From Psilocybe cubensis (lineage: Eukaryota): a stretch of DNA of 64,000 bases. The DNA is taken from assembly GCA_017499595.2 (NCBI GenBank), contig CM038998.1:682001-746000 (forward strand). Reading direction: 5' to 3'. This document shows, one piece after another, positions 1 through 13,103 of the stretch. The notes beneath the pieces were generated by a model, which saw nothing but the letters and a program-made list of their open reading frames with translations, was not told the DNA's origin and did no database searches. How positions within the stretch are numbered: the stretch's first letter is position 1; every line of letters begins with the position of its first letter. The translations under genes were made by a program, and so were the position numbers.

Positions 1-1370
1 CATACGAATATCTTCAATAGTCATGTTTCTAGGTGGTGCCAATTTTAGTCCATGAGGCAAGTAGTCGGGAGATATGAATGCGGATTGTTTTTTGGCAATG
101 TAATCATATGGAGGGTGTTTGCTTCGGCCATTTGTTGCAAGACCTATAGTTAAGATTGTTGCAATTTTCAGTCAACGTAATGATTATGCTAAATACAAAC
201 TTACTGTAATGTTGACTGAAGTACAACCCCATGAGAGTTTCAAGTTGTCGTTTATTCAATTTGTCGGCCTCAAAGTCCCGCGGTAACTTGGGGAAACCCT
301 GTGCATCCTGGTCAAGCATTAGAATGCTGGATCCATCACCATCACCTCCACCATCTCTGGCTCGATTCTTAGCATTCAATAGTCCGCGCACATAAAGTCC
401 GATTAATCTCTTCAATTGTGTCACTTCGGCAGATTTTTGGTCCTCAAACGATGTTGATGTGACTCCAAGGATATTGGCAATTTCATCATGGCTAGATTAA
501 AGACGTCAGACATAGTGCTTGTAGTATTGAGACAGAACTCACACCCGGACAGCTAGCTGTCCCGACTCTGTAAGCTGTGTAACAAATGTAATAGTCATAA
601 GACCCATTTCCGCCCAATTCCGCTTTGAAGCCTCATCCAATTTCCGAAACGCATGCTTGTTGGCATTACTAGAAGATCATTAAGTGATTAAGAACATTTA
701 ATTATAATATTAAACATACGCTCGCTTCTGCTCATCGGAATATTCAACTGATTCTAAAGCTTTCCCCTCGAGGTCAAGTTGTTTGAGTTCGTTGTCGGAC
801 ATGCGTGCAAGAATATTTCCCATAGCTTTCATTCTGTTCTCAAAAATTCCTGGAGTGCCAGCAGTGACTGAATCAATACCCAAAATTGTGGCTATCTCTT
901 TGTAGACCTCTTCTTTTCTTGTTCGCCAGAGAATAGTTGTTCGTTTTTTGGGGTGGCCTGTGAGTTCCGCTTCGGTCGGCTTTGCTGAGCGCCAATTGTT
1001 TCTTATCCATTTTAGTAATTTCTAAATCCGATCAACAAAGTTAATATCATGTTGGGCGCTAACACTTTGGTACCTGAAATTCCGACTAAATAGCCAAACA
1101 AACCTTTGCTTCCTGCTGGGCAAATTCCTCTGTCTGGGAAACAATTCGACTCCCAGTCTCAATCCAATAGTTGAACAGGACTGGAAGTATGCAACATACA
1201 ACCTCTTTTCGCCCACGGTTACTTCCAGCATCCAGATACTGTTGTTTGAATGCTTCGATTTTCTCGCGTTCCTGATGATTATAGACTTTCCGTCTCCTGT
1301 CATGTGTACGAAAGACATCATCTAGCAAGAGAGTTTTGTAATCCTCTGTGAGAGAACCAGTAGCGTCCAT
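1..1370 (-). CDS. Hypothetical multi-exon protein divergent from the KDZ transposase (likely element passenger); 3' end lies outside the window
   Basis: ORF pieces 1086-1370 and 104-424 join through GT-AG introns into one reading: [12 protein letters not shown]...[14 protein letters not shown]...|NANKHAF...|HDEIANIL...[13 protein letters not shown]|...[13 protein letters not shown]. No named domain recognised. Confidence 0.7.
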
Positions 1371-1641
1371 AGTCTCCTATGTATGTATATATAATGTTAT
1401 TATTCACATATTGAAGGACGTGAAAATGATAAATCTGTAAACTTACTTTGAAAGTCTTGTCACTTGTCTTGAGCAAATACTTGGGGGGAGCAAAAACAAA
1501 AGAAACCAAAAAAGATTCTGCAACAAATATATATTCTCCCGGACCATGTAATTTGATTTTCTTAACATTTTGGGGTTGCCATCTGATAATCAGATATCAG
1601 ATGCCATGTCTAGCACATTCCTCTCTCTGACTACTACCACC

Positions 1642-4600
1642 ATGACAAAAAACTCTCGCAAGTCAAAGAAAAAGACCCTTTACGAGGATGACCCTGATGC
1701 AGCAGATGTCATCACATACAAAACACAATCCAGGACAACCCGAAATGGGAGAAGAGTTGAAGAGTTAGTTAAAGTCCCGCTAACCAGAACAGAACGGTAT
1801 CACGTTAATGGGGATCAACCACCGTCTGTTTCTGTGGATGACAATGACAATGACTCAGGGCCAGCACCTATGGATTACGATGATGTGAATGTGGATGATA
1901 CTGTGGTCCCAAAGGCCCGAAAGGTATGAGTTTGGAATATATTCTGCATACAATAAAAGTACTCACATAAATATTAGACGCAAAGAGATTATATTCTCCA
2001 GTTTGTCGAGAGGGTTGACGACTTACTTGGGGCATTATTGAGCAGAGAAGCACTGAATGTGCCTGTTGAACAATCGGTTTGTACTCACTGCCAGGCCAAC
2101 AATATTGCAATCTGGCGCTGTCGAGACTGCAGTTTACCATCGGTTATGTGCCGAAAATGTATGCGAGAGAGTCATAAATCCAATCCCATGCACCGGATTG
2201 AGCGATGGATAGGTACTCATTTTCGCTCAGCCGAACTTTGGGAGGTTGGAACATACCTTTTAATTCCTCATCACTCTGGGACCGCTATATGTTCATCATT
2301 AAAAGCTCGGATACAGTTTCTGGAATATCTGGAGGATCCAAAAGACAGGTCAGAGCAAGCCCAGCTCAGGTCACTGGACCTTAGCCAAGTTCCCTGGAGA
2401 TCTGATGAGCAAAGGCTGGCCAATGTCGATAGTGACAGCAGAAACCATCCGCTCGACAACGCTGAACCTGGAGAAATTCCTGGAGAGAATGGCCCATCTG
2501 ATTCAGAATTTGAGCAGCTACTAGATGGCTTACTTGAAGACCCATCTATGGAGCTGCCGCCAGATATTTTAGATGATGATGACGATGAAACGGAAGTTTC
2601 AAATGGGGAGTCTGAAATCGGAAATATTCCTCAATACCTGCACAATCCGACAGGCCCGACACCGAATACTTCCCCGCAAGCTGGACAAGCGCCTACGGTG
2701 GATGGTCTTAACAACTCGTACATCCGCATTGTGCACACAAATGGCTTGCATCACCTAGCCATGGTATCATGTGTTTGCCATGGCTCCGACACATTACCGC
2801 TTGATCTTATGGCAAGTCGAATGTTACCGACAAGTTTCTACCATACCCGCACGTTGTTTTCCGCTCAGCTATTGGACTATTTTCGGCTTTCAAACTTGGA
2901 ACTAAAGGCATCTGCATACCAGTTTTATTCATTGCTCAAGCGCATAACAAATCCTATGGCGCCATCTAGTGTCGTTGACCTCTACAACGAATTCCGCAGA
3001 ATGTCACGGTTATGGAGATGGATGAAAAAGTTAAAGTGGGCGGGATTTGCAGGTCATAATGGTAAAAGTGCCCTCAATGTCGGAAAAGGTGAATTGGCAA
3101 ACTATTGCCCTACCTGCCCCCAGCCAGGCGTCAATATCGATCCTAATTGGAAAGATGACCCTAATCGCTGGGTCTACAAACGAATTTTTGTTGCCGATGG
3201 GAACTTTAAAGCCGACCATGTACGATCGGAAAAGCCGTCTCGGGATATTTGGTTGTCGGAAGGTGGAGGTATGATGCCTCCAAGGGAGGAATACCATGAA
3301 TTCCTACGGACAGCAATTGAAGCATTGACTGTAAGCATGCCATATATACAAAGTTGATCTTACATTAAAATTTTATAGGGCGCACCCTGCGAGAACACCT
3401 TTCGTGCTATTCAAAACTCGCTATTATCATCTTCGTCATGCGATGTTACAGGCATTGTCGGAGTTGCATGTGCCCGACATGGTTGTTATGCACCTAACGC
3501 TCTTGTCAACCTCTTTAAAGGTGAACAGCAAAAAAATGTGGACTTCGCGTTTCTAGCGGCCCTTCGCTCTACTGGTGTTCATCCCGACCAGGGAACAATG
3601 ATGATATACGATATCATTTGCCAGTATATCATCCACCTCTTGAAGCGGATTAAACATCATCTCCCAGATGGATTCAAAATTGATCGAGCCATTGGTATGT
3701 TTCATGTACATGCCCATAAAGACGAGTGCTTCTTCCGATATGCACCAACCTTTATTCCTGGGGCGGCTTGTGTTTGCGGTGAAATTCTGGAGTCACTCTG
3801 GGCGGACTTGAACTCCATCTCCCCGGCTACGCGTACAGCAACATTGGCACACCGGACTGAAATTCTTGATGACCATGCGTCGGACTCAAACCACAAAAAG
3901 GCATTGGGGATTACGAAGTATCTCTGCAGAAGGCATCTAGAGGCGGTCAAAGCTCGAGAAACATATCGCACCTCATTTTCTAATCTGACAAAGGCTGCGG
4001 ATCCCGAGGCCCTGAAACTCTGGACAAAACAGATTGAAGATGCGGAAAAACGTAGATTGGAGGACCCCGCAGCCATGGATATATATGTTGCAAAGCGTCC
4101 GGGACGAAGTACTTCAACCCACCAAGAATCCGAAAGTTCCGCAAAGTCGTTGACTCCAATAGAGTCATGGATACAGTTTTCATTGCTTGTTGAAGAAAAA
4201 CAGTACGTTTTCACAATGTTCATATTAAGTATCTAATACCAATACAATTAATAGACTTGATATTCGTGTCCGTGCACGGAGACTTGTAAATCATGATCGG
4301 CTTACTGACCGCGTTAAGTTGCAAAAGCTTCGCGATGCACTCAAACCCCTGTTATCCCAACTTGGACTGCTTCAAACCAAGGCAGGAGTAGTAACCACCT
4401 CGGTGCATGGACGTGGATTTTCTGAGCAACTCTTTGTTGATTGGGAGGACGATGAAGATGTTCTGGCTCCAGGATCAGCTCCGCCTGCGTATGAAGCCAT
4501 TGACCATCAACTATTATGCTTACCATCTAATGGAACAGCGGATAATATCTATGCACCATATGAGCTTCAAGCCCGAATTTTGCAAGCCCGAAGCCTCCTC

Positions 4601-5325
4601 AATCAGCTCCGTGAACGCATAGCAGAGAGGTCGTTCCAATACTCCGATGTTGTCCGACACGCACCTCGGAAAGGTGTCCGTACAAGAGGGTATACTGCGG
4701 CAAAGGAGCTTAGGGACCAGATTTCTTTGTATGCGCAAGCTTATTCTCATTGTAGAAGTTGTCTTGTGCAACTTGGTGCCGATGAAATTACTCTCCGGGA
4801 ATTTCGAGTGTTAACAAAAGAAGACATCAAATCCAGCACAGCAGTAATTAACCCAAATGTTGTCGGATCAACAAAGTTCCGTTTGTCGTGGATTTGGTAC
4901 TCAGTCAACCAGCGTCTCGGACCAAGATGGGCACTTGACCCCAATGCCGACTCTGCCGCCGATCCCTATAGTATTGGAGAGGATGCCGATCCCGCTACTG
5001 TTCTTGAATGTAAGTTTTACACATTAACATATTTTTGGGCGCTTATTTTTTCTTAGTTAAACGCGTGCATTGGCTACGTGCAAGAGCATTATACAACCGG
5101 TGGCTAGAAGAAGAAACATTGGTTCGCTATGAAATGAAGTGGACTGTGCTATTCTTCCTTCATAAATCTAAATGGTGGAAAGACACCATTAATAGCGACA
5201 TACCTTTATCACCAGGTGCAAAGGCTTATGCACATCGACAGTCCGGAATGTATAAGCGCTTGGCATTGATTGGGGATCATTGTTTTAAGCAGACAAATGT
5301 AAATTACACATCTGTTCTGCTCTAA
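1642..5325 (+). CDS. CxC2-domain Kyakuja-Dileera-Zisupton (KDZ) transposase, 5 exons, apparently intact
   Basis: Exons 1642-1923, 1978-3330, 3379-4202, 4255-5009, 5057-5325 with GT-AG introns and a continuous frame. Motifs: CxxC..WRCxDC..CxxC..H..HRIERW; IVHTNGLH..CxC (CxC2); CPTCPQPGVN; DGNF; ACARHGC; GEQQKN; YDIICQY; FHVHAH; GEILESLW; DSNHKK. Confidence 0.93.
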
Positions 5326-5364
5326 TTTCAAATATCATTTATTCCATCTTGTTCTGCTACTTCC

Positions 5365-7091
5365 ATGAGCCAAAAAACCCCAACCATCCGTGTCTTCCGT
5401 CAACCGTCTGTCCTTGCGATGGACAAAGTGCCCACCATTCGACCTTTCCGTGCCTACGATCTTCAGTATGGATCGAACCCCCAACACCATGAATTCTTGC
5501 AATCAGTTGTTTTTTGTGCCGGATCGAGGTTTCGTGAGGCCTTGATACATACTCTGCAAAGCTCTGGGCAGAGGCGAAAACGATGGATGCAACAAGCCCT
5601 TCAAAAGGAATTGGTAAGTCGAAGTGATTTTTACAATGTGATTGCCAATCACATGAGTTGATGCATGTCCATTTTTAGAATTGGGTTTTGAGGTGCATTG
5701 GTCGGGCATTCGCCATCGGGTTTAACATAGAGATCCCGCTTGTAATCCGCTGTCTGGCGGACACTTTGGGGTCGGTTTTGACAGAGAGTCTCCCTTTGGA
5801 GATTGATATGGCCTTTGCTGAATTTCTTGCTTGTGGAACTCGGGATTGGGCATTTGAAAAGCGCGTCGGATCTTACAATTACGACTGGTGGAATCGGAAC
5901 AGCGCCCCCAAGCCATCGGAACTCTTGGGAACTGCAACTGTTAGTGAGATTCTTACTTATCACAAGGCGGAATTTTACAAAACCTTCGATCCTGAGCCGA
6001 CGACCACATTCGACGAATTACTCAAGACTCACATTGACCACAAGATTCCCGAAATTCCGCCCAACATGTCTCTTGTTCACCCGGTTCAAATTATCTTGGA
6101 TAAAGTCGGAGATACGTGTGACGCTTGCGATGCTTTTCAAAATCTTGCAATTGAAAGTATTCAACAGCTGAGCAGTATAAAAAATCACACGTCCATCATG
6201 TTCAGTACCGCCGACAATACCCTCGACCGTATTTCCCGACGCGCAATCGGATTCTTTGAATTGTATGAGGCTTCTCAACGTGCAGCGGACACCGCTAAAG
6301 GCCCCGCCCCGACGGACTCCAACGAAAACCCGGTTTCAAAATGGACCTGGGGTAGACAACTAACAACCAAAGAAGTCTGCTCGCTTGGGGATGGAAAAAA
6401 GGCGTCCCACTCAGGATATGCGGAAAGTCTCCGTGATGGCAAGTTACGTTCACGGTCTGTGGACAAACCCATTCACTCCCCGCACACATCCGACGTTTTT
6501 GAATCGGTTTCCTCTGTGGCGGCGGACAATCATCTTTCGAATGAGGCTATCAAACACCCTCAATACTTTGAAGATGGCACGGACAGCGGGACAATTGCAA
6601 GTATGATTGAAAAGGCAGCAACTTCTTATGAATCCGACTCCGATGCCTCCGACACCGGTGATGCAGACACTGCGCCATCTCAGGCTACTCAATCAGTAGC
6701 AGAGCTGTTGGCGCATGTGGAATACATTAGCTCCGACTCCGATGACTTAGACGGCTCCGACGACAGCATGCATGGGGAGGATGGAGGCAAGGGCACGGAT
6801 ACTGGAAAGAAGAGGCAGAACATTGATACCTCCGCCAACAGTGGTGCCGTTAGGAGGACTAAACCGCGCGGGGAAGATGGTCAGAGTGTCAAAGATCAAG
6901 GTATCTCCAACATTTACCATATTTCTTCATATTTCGGGCTAACTCAGTGTACAGATGCACCTCACACAACTGCATACTTCACTAAGAATTTTTTTTCTTG
7001 TCAACTTGATGAAGACCTTTTTGAAATGGATGCCGATGAGGATGAAGATGCCGACGAAGATGGTGACAGCGAGGGCAGGGCCATGGAGTAG
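5365..7091 (+). CDS. Hypothetical protein with acidic low-complexity C-terminus, starting 40 bp after the KDZ transposase stop
   Basis: ORF 5365-5661 splices (gtaagt ~5614 to tag ~5678) in frame into ORF 5688-7091; probable further intron ~6901-6954; D/E/S-rich tail. Confidence 0.7.
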
Positions 7092-7465
7092 TAATACTTT
7101 CACCTAATTTACGTTCCGGATCTCAAATAAATTTGTCTTGTTATTTTCCTCCTTTATTTTGAGTGCGAATATGTACAACTTGAACATAGATGAACTAGAA
7201 AACTACACAATAGTAATGTGCGGTATTGCAAGATCGGAGAAATGTACTATCGGAGACGGAATTGGAGAGTTCGTAAGGTAATATTACTTGTTGGATGATA
7301 TGTTTGTGTATGGCACACTAACGTTGGGACTGCACTATTCTCTAATTCTTTGTAAATCCAGCCCTAGTTCTCCTCACAATGCGCATCTACTATAAACATT
7401 GAGCATGTCCGAGCATAGGCAATTGCCCTCACAAACTGTGTTATTAGATATGCTAGATATGCTAT

Positions 7466-7519
7466 ATATGCGCACAGACCAGGATATGCGCACAGACCAG
7501 GATATGCACACAGACTGGA
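7466..7519. repeat. 18-bp tandem repeat, 3 copies (ATATGCGCACAGACCAGG)
   Basis: Seen directly; third copy has substitutions. Confidence 0.9.
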
Positions 7520-7522
7520 ACA

Positions 7523-7818
7523 TCCGCGTCGGCAATGGAAAGCACCAAGCGCCCCGACAACCTGCCGACCAACCCCGCCTGCGCATGGACCGCGTCGGCA
7601 ATGGAATGCACCAAGCGACCGCGTTGGCAATGGAATGCACCAAGCGTTCCGACAACCTGCCAACCAACCCCGCCTGCGCATGGACCGCGTCGGCAATGGA
7701 ATGCACCAAGCGTTCCGACAACCTGCCAACCAACCCCGCCTGCGCATGGACCGCGTCGGCAATGGAATGCACCAAGCATCCCGACAACCTGCCGACCAAC
7801 CCCGCCTGCGCATGGACC
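7523..7818. repeat. GC-rich 66-bp minisatellite, about 4.5 copies
   Basis: Unit TGGACCGCGTCGGCAATGGAATGCACCAAGCGTTCCGACAACCTGCCAACCAACCCCGCCTGCGCA (starts at 7681 and 7747); one ~30-bp partial unit near 7590-7618. Confidence 0.95.
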
Positions 7819-8081
7819 AAAAAGCCAACGGGATTGCATGCGTAATCCTGGATATAAGAATCTCGCGTTGATGAGCACTTGGACCATGCTTTGACTAGAA
7901 CTAGATCTATAAACCCATTAAGACTATTCATTGAATCCACATTTCATGTTACATACAGTGTTTCCTTTGCAAGAAATGCGCGGTTCAATGGTCCAATGGG
8001 TCCATTGAATCCACATAATACAATACATTGTCATAACCACTCTAACATATGGTAAGGTACAATATTGCATGCCACCCTGAG

Positions 8082-10278
8082 ATTGCTGCCCTGCTTATTG
8101 AGAAAGTTGTTAATAAAACCGTATGCAAATTGTAAAATAGAGTCTGCATAGGCGAGAGAAGTGGCCTCCATCAAAGTCTTGATGCTTTCATCGGCATATG
8201 CGAACCGTTTGAGAACCATAGCGCCAGTTTTAGGATCCTTTCTCTGGGTATATAGCCGCTTCATAGCAATAGAGATTGGAGACGTCAACCATGATCCAAG
8301 GAGGCCAGAAGGACTTGCAGATGTCCATTCCAACAAGGCACTATGTGCTGTTTTGAATCCACCTTTTGAAATAAAGTCTGTGTGGTCGTTGAAGGATAAT
8401 TGAGCAAAATACCCTTTGCTGCTTATAATCGAGGACTGATTGTTGCTTCCAAGATCGTGAAAAGGTGTAAAGACAATTGGATAGCATAGTATGGATTCAA
8501 TACGGATCGCATCAACTAGAAAAAACATTAGAAAGCTGTCATCTTTAATAAGATTGGACATACATCGTTGCTTTAACTCTAACACACTTTGTTGGCCACC
8601 AAGTAGCAAACCACGTGTAACTTCATTTGCATCCAATGACTTGAACTGAACGGATTCTCCGGTGTTGTTTGTGTTGTTCTGATTCTATATATATATAAGT
8701 TAGTGAATATTACTGCCCAAAAATATTGCTAACCTTTTTATCAAAAGAATACTCGTCTTCAACATATGATAGAGTAGAAAATGCATCAGAGGTATCTATA
8801 GTCTGATGGGAATTAGCAGGTTCTCTGCGCTTTCGAATATCAGAATTGTCTGTAGTTGAATGGGGACTAGCAAGTTCTTTACGTTTCCGGGTAAGTGGAA
8901 ACGCATGATCATGTTGATGTGTATGCTTCTCAGAAGAGTCAGAAGCAACGGATTCAATAAGCCTTTTAGGTTCCTGCAAAAACTCTTAATCAGTGGGTTT
9001 AATAGCAATTTAAAAGAATTGTAAACATACAGGGACATATGCAGCATCAGAATCTTGTGTCATTCTTTCTGCCTCGATCCATTGATTTCGGTCAATAATG
9101 ACTATGAAGGAAACCGGTTTGTTTGGGGGAGAAAATGTGTAGGTACCAGCAGCAGATTTTCCCGATTTTGCTTTGAGAAATCGACCCTGGAAATAAGGCT
9201 CAGTTAGATCCCTATTTGCCAGAATATCTTGCCAAATTGCTGTTTCTCGGACACGGGACTTGGAAAAGTCCCACGGAAACCCGGGAAAAAGCTTGGTCAG
9301 AGGTTTGATTACACAGGACCGAATTGCTTGTGCAAGTTCTTGCGGAGTTAGACCATAGTCCACAGAGATACCTTCCTTAATTCCCTAATGTAATATTAGA
9401 AAGTAAAATTACTAAATGAACATTTAATAAAGTGATAAATCTGACCGTTTGTTCAGTCTTCCCTAAAAGAAGCTCATACCCAACACCAGCAACAATGGGA
9501 ACCATTGCCTTTGTTTGTGCATTTACAGGAATTTGTCCAGGAGCAAGAGATCCTTTATAAGCTGCAGTTGACCAACGCTTGTGCTCTTGAGCATATAATG
9601 CATGAGAAGCAGAGTATCCTGAAGCCGAAATAGATGGTGTAGAATGGTGACTAAAAAAGTTTTGGAAATAAGATGGATTGTGGATATTTGGCCCTCCAAC
9701 AACGGAAGAAGAAGAAGGCGGCATAGGAGTAACACGGCCTTGAGGTGTATTTGCTCCTAAATTTATTAGTATAAATAATAATATGAGAATATCAAAGCAT
9801 ACCTTTACGCTGCCCTTCATTAATCATTTGTTGAACATCTGATATGTTAATAAGTCTTGCAGAAACGGGAGTGAGTTTGGCTAATAAGTGGATATAATAA
9901 GTGATAATCTTAGAATTATATAAAAGGACATATACCAGATGCAACAGCATTGCTTTCCTCTCTCTGTTTCATTTGAATTGAGGTTGATGATGCTAGTATA
10001 TAAATAAGCGCCCAAAACATAGCATCAAAGTTAAAGTCAGACTTACCGGAATCCTCATGCACTACACGGGCCAAAGTGACACTTTTTCTAGCATAGTGGT
10101 CAAAGCAAGCTTTACACACATATTTGCCAGAAACATTCGGATTCTGAGAGGCCAAATAGATGCGCTGGTCTCCAACTTGAATAATGGCCTGACAGCTAGG
10201 ACGCTCGCATTTAGATGGTGTTCTTGCAATAACATCCTCAGTAAACTGGGTGCTAATGTGAAGATTACCAGAAGACAT
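8082..10278 (-). pseudogene. Alpha-kinase (eEF2K/MHCK-family)-like gene with N-terminal Cys cluster, truncated before the C-lobe
   Basis: Spliced ORFs 9916-10278, 9377-9820, 9010-9363, 8710-8979, 8031-8636. N-terminal CERPSC...CKACFDHY; kinase N-lobe-like ISKGGFKTAH...IAMKR...MEATSLAYA...FAYGFIN. No downstream KY/DxQG/TDP/Cys-His motifs. Confidence 0.65.
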
Positions 10279-10850
10279 AGAATTGGTTGATATGGGGAAT
10301 GAAAATGGACAAACTTCGCAATGAATGCACTAGATATATTTAAACTAACTTCAGATTACACCATTCTAGGAAAATATCTTGACAATATTAACTATTTTCA
10401 CGTAATTCTCTATCATTTACATGCTATTGTTCTGCAATCTATCATTTGCATGCCATTATTCTGCAATCTGACACAACAATTTCCCTTATTCCTACTATTT
10501 ATTTCAAACATATGAAATATTAAAGGTCTAGTTATTGATTCTAGACATGGTTTATAGGTCGAGAACAAATTAAGTCTTGGTAAATTTACCATATTCTATG
10601 AGATGACGAGCGCTAGAATCTGAATTAGAGCTTTATTGGCTATAATAGCAAATATAAGCATCATCCTCTCGCAATAATGTTGTGATTTTTATGGAATTTG
10701 AAATCCTTCATTTGAAATTAAATGGACAATAGTAGGTGGTCGTACATTGTTTGATTCTTTCAATACAATCTGTAATATTTGAGTAGAGTCTTTAGTTATT
10801 CATTGAAATCCTATAAAAGACAATGCTTTTAAGACAGAAAATTGTGCAAC

Positions 10851-12721
10851 ATGCCGCAAAAAAACCAGTTTAAGCCACTTCGTGAGTAAATGTTTAAGTT
10901 ATAAGGGTGAACAATATTGACATGCCTGTAACTAGCGCCTATTGAGGACATTGCACCTCACATTTTTCTGTATTGGAAAATGCGCAAGCCCGACACTGAA
11001 GTAGTAAAATTACTTCAAGAAGAGCACATTGACAGAGCTATCTATGGCATTGGGTATGTATTCACCTTAAACTACACATAATATATATGCTAACTATTTT
11101 AGTCTAACTTCATACAAGGCCATACGTCGAAGATTAGGTTTGCTCTCTGCAAGACAACAAGGTCATACGGTGGAAAGCATCAAAGAAAGCATGGTTGCAC
11201 TTAGAAAACGCTTTCCAAAGGCTGGTGCTCGTGATATGGGGTCCCTTTTATTTCATCATTATGGAATGCTTGTACCACGGTAAATGCTCATTATACCTAT
11301 ATATTGCTTTTAATGACAATCAAAATAGCGATTTAATTGTTGTCTACTTCCGAGTATATGAGCCAGAGCTTATTCGAGAACGCAAAGCACGTCGTCTGCG
11401 TCGTAGGCGATTTTGGGCAGCTGGAGTCAATGATATAATTGCCGTTGATCAGCATGATAAGTGGAAACGGTTTGGGCTTGCCTTGCACAATGGAGGTGAT
11501 CCATTTGACGGATATATTCATTGGTACAAGATTTGGTGGACAAATAGCAATCCAAAGTTAATTGCTTCTTATTATTTGAATGTTGTTGAGAAGAACAAGT
11601 GTAAGCTTTGTTCCAAACTGTTTGATAATTAATTCTAATTGTTATATTTTGCAGGCATTCCCCTTATTACTCAAAGCGATCCTGGATCTGAAAACTATGG
11701 GATTGCAAATGCCCAAACCACTCTGCGACATATGCACGACCCTAGGCTAATTGGTACAATTCAACATCGCTGGATGCGCAAGAAAAAGAACATAAAACCT
11801 GAAATATCCTGGTCTCAACTTCGCAGTCGCTTTACTCCAGGATTTGAAGATTTATTGGATTATGGAGTTAACAATGGTTTATATGACATAGGACGTCCTC
11901 TTGATCTGTAAGCTGGTTAAAATCTTAATTTCCATATCTTACTTATACCTTCTCAAAAGCCTTGTGTTTAGATATCTGTTTATTCCTTTTCTTCAAGTTG
12001 AGCTTGATGCATGGACAGATATGGTCAACAATACCCAAAAACGATCTGACCGAAATAAAATACTTCCACATGGCATTCCTCAACATATACATCTGTTTCC
12101 TGAAAGATATGGATGTTTGGACTTCAAGGTATTTGTTTGTAAATTTTTCTATAACCAGTATTAACAAATGCTGTAGATTCAGGTTAGCCAGGAAGCTATT
12201 GATGAAGTCAGACAAATATTTGCACCTCCAGAGGACCCAGTCTTTCAACTAGTCCCACCAGAGTTCAAGCACTATGCTGATATACTTTACCAAAGTATGG
12301 AAAGTCCAGTACTTACTTCGGAGAATATATGGGAGGTGTATTCTGAACTTCTCTATCGCTTTGAAAATCTTGACAATGCTGTGGACTTTATTGAAGAATG
12401 TCAAGTTTATATCGAGGCAATGGAGCTACAAGACAATGAAGACGATGAGAATTCTTTCAAGCCTCAAGGAAGAGATCTGTTTGGTGGGATAGACAATTCC
12501 AAAAGTGATGGAACCTATTACATGGGTGGGGTTAATAATGGTCATGGGCTAGGTATGCTTTACCAAAATATCTTTTCTTTATATCTGATTGTTTGCTAGA
12601 TAACGAGCATTATAGGATACTTGATGCAATGGACGAGAATGATGGAGAGCTAGAAATTGATGAGGCTCAGTTTACAGATGATGAAAACGAGGAAGACGAG
12701 GGCGAGGATGTACTGATATAA
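10851..12721 (+). CDS. Intron-containing rve/integrase-core DDE transposase (IS3/IS481-like eukaryotic type)
   Basis: Spliced reading MPQKNQFKPL...RFPKAGARDM...RRRRFWAAGVNDIIAVDQHDKW...WWTNSNPK...QSDPGSEN...KNIKPEISWSQLR... with an acidic tail ending DVLI*. D-D-E residues spaced as in integrase cores; no RT or gag nearby. Confidence 0.82.
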
Positions 12722-13103
12722 AAAAAGTTACTATATATAATACTCTCAATTCAAGTCATAATTACTTGGTACAAACTACACTATACGGTCTATTATGTTT
12801 ATATCAGCACAATACAGTACTATAAAGTCTTTCTATGAAAGAGAGTAGGCCTCTTGAAAGGTTATTCACGTTGCGTGCAATCAAAAGCAGCTATTTTACA
12901 CCAAGTCCCACGGGCGCCACTAGCGGACCGCTCACGCCATTCATATTTTGACTCCTATCAAACTCCGACAGGGGTTAAAACGGCGCACAAGCTGCGCGGG
13001 AGCACCACATCCCTGCTTTTTTGCATGGATGTTCTTTATATGTGCACCACGTAGCGGAGAAATTGTGTATATATTGTATACTACGGTAGATGACCTGCTC
13101 TTA

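Larger units (their letters stand above)
1..8081 (+). mobile_element. KDZ-type DNA transposon (left end outside window; right end inferred near 8081)
   Basis: KDZ transposase, two tightly packed passenger genes and subterminal repeats; the neighbouring alpha-kinase-like ORF loses kinase-like sequence at ~8082 (GCATGCCACCCTGAG|). Boundary is inference; no TIR pair is visible. Confidence 0.55.

Noticed and set aside
3702-4223. 173-aa minus-strand ORF
   Set aside because: Antisense shadow of the KDZ transposase exon.
7523-7818. CRISPR-like array
   Set aside because: Units are head-to-tail with no unique spacers, there are no cas genes, and the context is eukaryotic.
7364-7940. Six overlapping ORFs with repeated peptides
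   Set aside because: By-product of a GC-rich repeat whose unit is a multiple of 3; no other coding evidence.
1-8081. TET/JBP dioxygenase cargo often linked to KDZ elements
   Set aside because: No HxD...H...R 2OG-Fe(II) pattern recognised in the passenger genes; one could lie outside the window.
10851-12721. LTR retrotransposon integrase
   Set aside because: The gene has spliceosomal introns and no gag, protease, RT or LTRs are visible.
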